Part shown: positions 55,351-64,000 of the stretch, piece after piece | How positions within the stretch are numbered: the stretch's first letter is position 1 | Layout of the letters: every line of letters begins with the position of its first letter | Assembly: GCA_002269645.1 (NCBI GenBank) | Contig: NIVC01000691.1 | Coordinates: 300,441-364,440, forward strand | Reading direction: 5' to 3' | Source: Macrostomum lignano | Lineage: Eukaryota | DNA: 64,000 nucleotides | Made by a program: the position numbers and the translations under genes | The notes under the pieces: model-generated | The model's database searches: none | Seen by the model: the letters and a program-made list of their open reading frames with translations, nothing else | What the model was told of the DNA's origin: nothing

Positions 55351-56673
55351 CTACCTAGGATCCAGGGAGAAGACAACCGCAGCATTCTTCAGCTGTTTCA
55401 GGGTCCTCACCAGAGCAGTCGTCCAGTAACACTCGTCGTACTCAATCCCGAGTCGAGCGCACACAGCCTTTATGTGTTTGCTCGCTTCCCTGAACCGGTG
55501 TCTTGGCATCAGCGGGAACAGGTGGTGCTCGATGTGGAAGTTCAGCCCGCCATGAAACCAGTCCATCCACACGGGGTTCTTTATGTTGATGTTGCACTCA
55601 ACCTGCATTCGGTACCAGTTGGTCTCCTCGCAGACCTCCTTACGCTCGTAGAAAGGCTTGCAGTAGTGATTTACCAATAGCTGGACATGGAGAATTCCTT
55701 CGAGCATCGACGCCAAAGATTAAGTTACAAACACTTGAGTCCAAGTTGGAAGTTGGCACAAGAGAACGCTCACCCAGATAATGTGCAAAATCAGAGCCAG
55801 CCACACAATAGGTCTTCTTTCACTCACAATTGCTGCTATAACGATGTATGGTCTTCCCACAATGATGCAGATGGGAAGGAACGTCCAATGCTGAATTGCA
55901 ATCAGCGCGCGCTGCAGTCTCGTTGTAAAGAATGGGAACAGCTTTTTGTTTTGCGCCCACGATTCCTCTTTCATCTGCGGGTCGAAAAACCCATTCTCAT
56001 AGTCGACCGTATTGGTGAGTGCGTGGTGGACGTAGTGCTCTTCCTGCCACCAGAAGCTGTTGATGCCCACACCGAGCGTTCCACACGCGAGGCCGATCCA
56101 GTTGTCAATCTTGCGCTCGTGGAAGCCTTGGCTGTGCATGAAGTCGTGCATGAAGAATCCGCATTGCTGCCAAAACAGAGCGAGGCTGCAGCTGGCCAGA
56201 CAGTGCCAGTACCAAGAGCTGCAGCCCACAACCAGAAACAACGTGAGAGCCAACAAAGAGGCTGCAAACGCCATCTTGCCGGCATACCACACTGCACTGG
56301 TTTGAAAGAAGCCCTGCTTGATGAAGAACTGGTGCAGCTCTGCGAACGCCTCAGCGGCAGGGTCGTCTTCGCTCAGTCTGTAGGTGGCTACAGGCCGCAT
56401 GTGTTTGAGCACATCCTTGGTATGCAGCCCTTTGAACACGGGAGTAGCGTCTTTGCCAACAAACTGAGCAATCACAGAGCCGCCTGGGTGGTGCGGGATG
56501 AATTTGGAAATGTCGTACCATCCACCGTTGATTCCGATGAGCTTGGCAGTCGGATGGGAACTCATGTAAGCCTTGTACGCTTCGGTCCTCGTTGGAAGAA
56601 TAAACTTTTTTGATTTTCGGTCTCTACAGACGCTTTGCGGCTCTGGATAACCTCCGGAATCTCCATTGTCCAT
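55351..56673 (-). pseudogene. Cytochrome b5-fusion fatty acid desaturase copy 1 (front-end-desaturase architecture), intronless, premature TAA at 55722-55720
   Basis: HPGG heme motif; His boxes HDFMH, EEHYVHH, HIEHH; ORFs 55720-56673 and 55351-55716 are in the same frame, separated by TAA where copy 2 has TAC (Tyr). Confidence 0.85.
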
Positions 56674-58064
56674 TTTGTATCTTGTGTCACTTCTGCCCGT
56701 AAGCTATCTGGATATTTCTCAAGCAACGTTCGGTGAGAGTTTAGTGTAGATGCAGTCTAAAATAATTTTCGCATGAACTAATTTTAGTTCTGGCAAAAAG
56801 GAAATAATTTCTTAGCCGTGAATTTATAGAAATAATAGGTGCATATGTCACGGCCATAGACTTCGTGGGTTTATTAGCTCGACATTTGCGAGTAACCCAT
56901 GCAAGGACAGCTTAATAAATCAGGACTGAAAAAGAGACAAAAATAAGAACTACGCACCATGCGATCATAATATTGCTTTTGTCAAGTTAAGTTAAGTTTG
57001 TCAAGCCAAGTTAAGTATTCCCATTTGGTAGCAGTAGATTTGATCTTACACGTAAACAGATCCAGACGGAAAAAGGCTAACAATGCGATAATTCGGCCAT
57101 AGACATCAGCACGAAGAAGGATGTCAGCAGCAACCTCTCATCATCGACTCTGTCAATGGTCAAAACTTCTATTTATTTTTTAGCTCATTGGAATCACTTC
57201 TTAACACATCGATTTCGATGCAATTAAGATTATAAGCTTGCTTGCTTGCTAAGACGTTGACTCGTAATCTGGACGTTGCTCCACCTTGAAAACTCGCGTC
57301 TCCACCCATTATATCCTGAAGAGGGACCTTCGACCATTGCTCCCCAATTTTTTATGAAGGGCCATGACCCCAATTTTACAACGAAAATCCAATTGTTTAC
57401 TGTTATTACGTATCATAAGCAAACTTCAATATTCGGCTATATTTCTGCTGGTCCTGTCACTTTTTGAAACGTTCCTAAGCTTATGACTACTCTGGCGACT
57501 CACAACACGAGAAGCATTTAATTATTCGTATGTCCTATATTGTTTCACATGAAAACTGTTTAGTAAGACTAAAATATTTTATTTTCTTCGTGTTATCTTA
57601 TGTTTCATTAGGTCCGTCTCGAAGTCGGAGCGGTTTGCAAACTCAAACAACACCTACACCTGCGACTGTAGCTTCATTTGCTGTCCTATTCGACATTTTC
57701 AAATGCGGTTCTCTTTTTCAAGTCAAAAGTTAGCAAAATTTAGACTGAGTTGAGACGAGCTCTCGGACTTGTAATGGAGAGAAGCCAACTGGTGGGCATC
57801 GGTTGCAGCTACCGTGTTGCAGTGCGGCTCGAGATGCGGAACTCTGCATCATCGGACAGGCCATTGCATAGCTGTATTCGAGTCCAAGCGTCTCCAGACA
57901 TGCACAATGAGTTCCAATGCTGCTGTAATACAAAGGCATTAGAATTTTAGGAGAGAAAACAGGTGCTGTACCGCGGGGAAAATATTTCATTATGTTTAAG
58001 GCGTAGCAAGAGGACAAAGGAGGCTGCGTCTCCGCCTTCAATCGGTTGGTTGGTAAAAGTATAC

Positions 58065-58440
58065 GGCGCTCCCTTGCAGTAGCCTCAGCGCCCCTTGCAG
58101 TAGCCTCAGCGCCCCTTGCAGTAGCCTCAGCGCCCTTGCAGTAGCTTCAGTTCCCCTTGCAGTATCTTCAGCGCCCCTTGCAGTATCTTCAGCGCCCCTT
58201 GCAGTATCTTCAGCACCCCTTGCAGTATCTTCAGCACCCCTTGCAGTATCTTCAGCACCCCTTGCAGTATCTTCAGCGCCTCTTGCAGTATCTTCAGCGC
58301 CCCTTGCAGTATCTTCAGCACCCCTTGCAGTATCTTCAGCACCCCTTGCAGTATCTTCAGCACCCCTTGCAGTATCTTCAGCGCCTCTTGCAGTATCTTC
58401 AGCGCCTCTTGCAGTATCTTCAGCGCCTCTTGCAGTATCT
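58065..58440. repeat. 21-bp minisatellite (CCCCTTGCAGTATCTTCAGCA), about 18 copies, between the desaturase copies
   Basis: Tandem units; explains LQYLQHP and LKILQGV ORFs. Confidence 0.95.
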
Positions 58441-59429
58441 ATCTTAGAGCTCCTGATGACGCCTTTTACCCTGACAACCTGGCTCTGGTATCACTCAACC
58501 ATTCAAACTTGGCACTCCTTAAATAAAATGTCGCCCATGGCGCTACGAGCGTAAATTCAAAACGGCTCCATCAAACTAAACAAATCCACTTTCAATTAAT
58601 TACGAGAAATAAAAAACTTTTATTAATGGATTAAGAGATTGCTTTTTTCAGCTCTATTTGCAGGGTCCATGGACTGTAAAGACCAATTACAGTCCTTATT
58701 ACAAAATACTTTAAATTAAATGTAGATAAAAAGCTGCATAAAATTGTACTTCCAGCTAAGCAAAGTAGGCGAGTCCAGTCCTTATCTTAAAAAACTGAGT
58801 TCGCAAGCTGAAAAAGTATTTGAAAACGGTTCGCGCAGGCACTATATAAGAATACACTGGTATTCTTTGGTCTCCAAGGAAAACTCGACCCCTGCACCCC
58901 CAGAAGATATGATCTTACGACCCTGCACCCAGACATGACCCAGATGATCGAGTGGCTCAGCTAGCTTTTGAGCGCGTCATTGCGCTAACATGCTTTGAGA
59001 AAAAACTTGTGTGTAAAGTTGTCCAAGACTAACCTTCCAGCCCATTCACCTATATTTTAACTAGACTGTACACTGCTAGACAGAAATACAGTGTGCACGA
59101 AAATTTAAAGTTTATTCTTCTGCAGCGCAGCAGTTCGAAAATTTGAGATCACAATTTTTAATAACTTTGCATTGCTTAGACCAGAGCATTTAGGCATGTT
59201 ATCCATGTATTAAAGTATTTCTGCTTTCTGTAGGAAGAAATTGCTCCTAAGCTGCCATCAAAATTTCAAATTTCAAACTACATGTACTTCTGTTCCGCTC
59301 ATCACGTTTATGATGAGCTGGGTTGATCAATAAATCTTGGAAGAGCGCTAGAAACATTGTTACACTAGATTAAATAGCAGGTAAGGTGTGGCTGAGTTCC
59401 AAAAGTTAGCGAAACTCTATCAGACCAGT

Positions 59430-59520
59430 GCGTAGCGATGCTCCATCAGGGATCAGTGGGTAGCGATGCTCCACCAGGGATCAGTGGGTAGCGATGCTCC
59501 ACCAGGAATCAGTGGGTAGC
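59430..59520. repeat. 28-bp tandem repeat, 3 copies (TAGCGATGCTCCACCAGGGATCAGTGGG)
   Basis: Read directly. Confidence 0.85.
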
Positions 59521-60535
59521 ACAAACCTGTTCTATTAGATATTTAGACTCTTAAATAAGGCATTTCCTCTAGAGTACAGTACTCAGTACTCATGCGGATA
59601 CAGAAATGATCCTTCCGGTTATCGGCAAATTATATTTTGAATCACGAAAGAGGCATCGCGAACAGGATTCGTGAAAATCAAAGACTAAGCCTATCTCATT
59701 AAAAAAGCATAAATATTCAGTCCTCAATAAGATATTTTTAGATAAAAGAGCGAAACAAATGCTCGATTTTACTAAAAAATTATGGTTAAAAGTTTAAATA
59801 AATATTTATAAATAACAATTGATTACAAAATGAATAGCTAAGAAAGAGAGAACTGACGCAATTGAATTTTTAAGCTTGCTGATAATTTGTTGCACCATAG
59901 CATTTAAATTTCCTTTGTTTTTTTTCAAATCAGTCATTTTCTTTGTGCACCCAGAAAATTGCGAGTAAAAAGCGTATTTTGCTAGAATTGAATATATACG
60001 AGCGTACTTAAAATGTATATAGGAGTACTTTGAGGTGAACTCAACTGGAGATTACCAAATTTATATATCAACGGTTAGTCATGAATGAATAGTCGTCAAT
60101 ATGGGGGTAAAATAGCCACTAAAAAGAAAATTCACTTTGCTACTCATAGCTATTGGATTTATTGGGGCAGAGAAGCACAATGGCAACTTGTTGCAAATTG
60201 CTAGCGTGAAGTCTATCAGAAATCAAGCTGTCGCTTCTGTACCTCAGCTGCCTATCAAGTATTACCTAGCTCTGATTGGTAGAGGTGGAAGAGCCAAGAG
60301 TTTGATTTTGAAACATTCATGGATAATGCCGTTAAAACTACTGCTGTCATGCTGTTGGGCTGTTAGTTTATGTAAACCTCAAGCTAAAAGCAGCCACTTA
60401 CCCACAGTTAAAAAATTAAAAAAATACCCTTGCACGCGGTAGATACCCTTACATTTGCAGCAGTATTTGAATGATAAAATGGGAGGTTAATATTTAAAGA
60501 AATTCTTAAGTATACAATCACTCATGCCTTCGTTC

Positions 60536-61977
60536 TCATCTCGGATCCAGGGAGAAGACAACCGCAGCATTCTTCAGCTGTTGCAGGGTCCTCACCAGAG
60601 CAGTCGTCCAGTAACACTCGTCGTACTCAATCCCGAGTCGAGCGCACACAGCCTTTATGTGTTTGCTCGCTTCCCTGAACCGGTGTCTTGGCATCAGCGG
60701 GAACAGGTGGTGCTCGATGTGGAAGTTCAGCCCGCCATGAAACCAGTCCATCCACACGGGGTTCTTTATGTTGATGTTGCACTCAACCTGCATTCGGTAC
60801 CAGTTGGTCTCCTCGCAGACCTCCTTACGCTCGTAGAAAGGCTTGCAGTAGTGATTTACCAATAGCTGGACATGGAGAATTCCTTCGAGCATCGACGCCA
60901 AAGAGTAAGTTACAAACACTTGAGTCCAAGTTGGAAGTTGGCACAAGAGAACGCTCACCCAGATAATGTGCAAAATCAGAGCCAGCCACACAATAGGTCT
61001 TCTTTCACTCACAATTGCTGCTATAACGATGTATGGTCTTCCCACAATGATGCAGATGGGAAGGAACGTCCAATGCTGAATTGCAATCAGCGCGCGCTGC
61101 AGTCTCGTTGTAAAGAATGGGAACAGCTTTTGTTTTGCGCCCACGATTCCTCTTTCATCTGCGGGTCGAAAAACCCATTCTCATAGTCGACCGTATTGGT
61201 GAGTGCGTGGTGGACGTAGTGCTCTTCCTGCCACCAGAAGCTGTTGATGCCCACACCGAGCGTTCCACACGCGAGGCCGATCCAGTTGTCAATCTTGCGC
61301 TCGTGGAAGCCTTGGCTGTGCATGAAGTCGTGCATGAAGAATCCGCATTGCTGCCAAAACAGAGCGAGGCTGCAGCTGGCCAGACAGTGCCAGTACCAAG
61401 AGCTGCAGCCCACAACCAGAAACAACGTGAGAGCCAACAAAGAGGCTGCAAACGCCATCTTGCCGGTATACCACACTGCACTGGTTTGAAAGAAGCCCTG
61501 CTTGATGAAGAACTGGTGCAGCTCTGCGAACGCCTCAGCGGCAGGGTCGTCTTCGCTCAGTCTGTAGGTGGCTACAGGCCGCATGTGTTTGAGCACATCC
61601 TTGGTATGCAGCCCTTTGAACACGGGAGTAGCGTCTTTGCCAACAAATTGAGCAATCACAGAGCCGCCTGGGTGGTGCGGGATGAAATTGGAAATGTCGT
61701 ACCATCCACCGTTGATTCCGATGAGCTTGGCAGTCGGATGGGAACTCATGTAAGCCTTGTACGCTTCGGTCCTCGTTAGTGCATCTGCTGGGATCTTCAG
61801 TGCAGGGTTGCTTCGACGAATGCAGCTGAACCCATTTCGCGAGGAGTTTTCTTCCGCTTCCGAATCTTGTGCTGCCAGTTCATACTTATTGGTTTCACGG
61901 ATTTTAAAAGTAGCGGCGTTCGCTGAAATGCTAGTGTTGCATTCTGATTGATGCTTTCCTAGGCGATGACTCACCAT
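60536..61977 (-). pseudogene. Cytochrome b5-fusion fatty acid desaturase copy 2, with a 1-bp deletion in a T-run at 61128-61131 (real lesion or assembly error); N-terminus uncertain
   Basis: Same motifs as copy 1; GCTTTTG versus GCTTTTTG in copy 1 splits ORFs 61087-61977 and 60536-61144. Confidence 0.8.
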
Positions 61978-62476
61978 GCTTGTTTGATAGATAGGGTGTT
62001 TTAATTTATCTTGTTAACTTCATGCAAGTGGTAAGCTCGTTATGTATTTTTTCTTTAACAGTTCAAATTCGAAAGCAAAGTGGAGTCCTAGTCAGAGTTA
62101 AGGAATATATAGAGGTTTTAGAAAACGTACATGAGTGGTCTAGATACGGAACGGTCAGATTGAACACCCCATAATATGAACCTTCGTACTTGCACACTTG
62201 TACGTAGCATGCCTGCACGTACGCTTCATATTTGCTCGGACCATACAGCAATGGTCTGATGGCCTGTTCTTTAAAATAGATTTACCAGACAGCCCAACCA
62301 AAATCTATTTGGAGGGTTTAGGATTCCACTAGGGCATTAGTCATGCTGCGAGCGCGTGGAGAAAAGCGGGCGAACGTACCCCACTTTGCCTTGTACGCAC
62401 TCTGAAATATGGGCACAGAAATTTTCCGTTGAAGGAACTGGCTCCAAAGAGAGCCCAGACTTCTAATCTATACATA

Positions 62477-63530
62477 CGAGGGGTATTCATACGAGGAGTT
62501 TTCCGGATGTGAAAGACTGAAATAAGTTAGAGAGCAACTGACAGTCAAATTTTTTCAAGGTACTCTCCAGAAGAATCTATGCACGGTTGCATCCCTTCAA
62601 ACCACCCATTGAAGCAGCTGGACCACTACGAACTTGGCACCCCCTTGACATGCTTGATGAAGGCCTCGACTGCAGCTTCCGGCGATGAATAGCGATTGCC
62701 ACACATCTTTTGCTTGAATTGCGAAAACACGAAGAAGTCGAACGGGGCCAGATCTGGGCTGTAGGGTGGATGGCCGAGCTCTTGAATGCGTTTTCCGGTC
62801 AGGAACTCGACCACTTGCCTGGACTTGTGGCGGGGGCGTTGTCGTGATGAAGAAGCACACCCGAGCTACGAGTAAGTCCTTGGGCGGCAGCTGGAGAGAG
62901 CACTCAGCACTTCTGGCAAGCAGTAGTTGGTATAACGGTCGCCAGTGGCTGTGCGCTGCTGCACAAGTGGCACTATCGCTAGATGACCAGCTTTCATCAC
63001 AAAAATGGCCAGCATCTGCTTTGCCACGCTGCGCTCTCGCTGCAGCTTCAATGATGGGGCTTCCAGCTGGTGTCCACCGGGCCGACTGTTGCTTGGACTC
63101 TGGTCAAAACTACAGATCCAGGATTACGTCACCACTGACGAGTTCCCAGACCGAGTCTGAGCGGCCATCATCGAATCTGTCGAGCATGGCATCGCACGAA
63201 GCCACCCCGAGCCTTCTTTGTTTCTCCATCAGGGTGATGAGGCACCCAGCGTGCAGAAATCTTGCTCAGGTTGAGCTCTGAGTGCAGGAATCGTGCGGAT
63301 GGGTCCCGATGAGATGCATACTTATGCCGAATCTATCTGAGACACAGTTACCCTGGCATCATCCTCAATCATGGCCGGAATGGCAGCAAAATTCTCATCG
63401 CTTGCTTGCTAGGGAGACGGCCGCTGCACTCGTCATCATCCAGACTCCGTAGGCCATGTCGAAATTCGACAAACCACTCAAAAACTGTAGTGCTGGAGGG
63501 TGATTCACTTCAAAAAGCCACTTAGCCACA
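62477..63530 (-). mobile_element. Degenerate mariner (D,D34D) transposon relic, 5'-truncated
   Basis: Minus-strand fragments WFVEFRHGLRSLDDDECSGR, VSGD...PESKQQSARW, KQMLAIF, LLHHDNAP, HPPYSPDLAPFDFFVF with stops and frameshifts; TA-CGAGGGG terminus at 62475; partner TIR not found. Confidence 0.85.
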
Positions 63531-64000
63531 AGTTAATATATTTTAATGTAGGTTCTACATTCTACACTAGAACCTAAGGCCGGTGCGCATGAATAAAGCA
63601 TTTTAGTATACTGGATGGATTGGGCTAGAGCTCTCGATCCTGCAGTTAAACCAAAACAACTGATACAAAATGCAATACACAACATCACCCTTCGAAAGAT
63701 TTCTGTTTGAAACGATCTAAACGAAAAGGAACATTGGTTACGAACTTGCATCCCTAGTGAAGGAATGATAATTCAATGTTTTGAACGAAAGAAAAGAAAA
63801 GAAAAGAACTAAGGAACAAAATCATATTTGGTATCAAAATATCTCATACCTAGAATACTCCTGAAAGTCCTGCAATCTGAGTTATTAGATAACCACAGAA
63901 TGATTTCATATACAATACGCATAGTATACTAGTGTGTAGCTGAGTAAGCTGAGTATTTGGATGCTTAAAATAACGAGTAGTAGTTAAAGTGACATAAAAT

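Noticed and set aside
55687-56613. 308-aa plus-strand ORF (and its twin at 61117-61779)
   Set aside because: Antisense shadow of the desaturase CDS with no recognisable domain.
58127-58447. Heptad LQYLQHP / LKILQGV coiled-coil-like ORFs
   Set aside because: Translation of the 21-bp minisatellite.

Overview
Eukaryotic (metazoan) genomic DNA with GT-AG introns and many minisatellites, plausibly a free-living flatworm such as Macrostomum (inference from repeat landscape and gene style only). Genes, left to right: last two exons of an Lhx2/9 LIM-homeobox gene (+); an 11-exon K+-dependent Na+/Ca2+ exchanger (SLC24/NCKX, +) with an apparent 1-nt frameshift; a minus-strand run of MIER-like, TMEM203 and KDEL receptor genes; a Csk tyrosine kinase (+) with no SH3 exon found; and two tandem intronless cytochrome-b5-fusion fatty acid desaturases (-), each with one disabling lesion. 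Mobile DNA: a 4.5-kb non-autonomous Helitron carrying a minisatellite and TTAGGG repeats, an apparently intact 3.5-kb THAP/P-element with 37-bp TIRs and an 8-bp TSD, a Tc1 deletion derivative plus a 92-bp MITE sharing its ends, a mariner relic and several MITE-like inverted-repeat elements. The most notable oddities are desaturases with an HxxHH rather than QxxHH third His box, a gene-conversion-like shared core between them, a MIER protein lacking the ELM2 core, and an SH3-less Csk. No prokaryotic system, CRISPR array, rRNA or tRNA gene was found.
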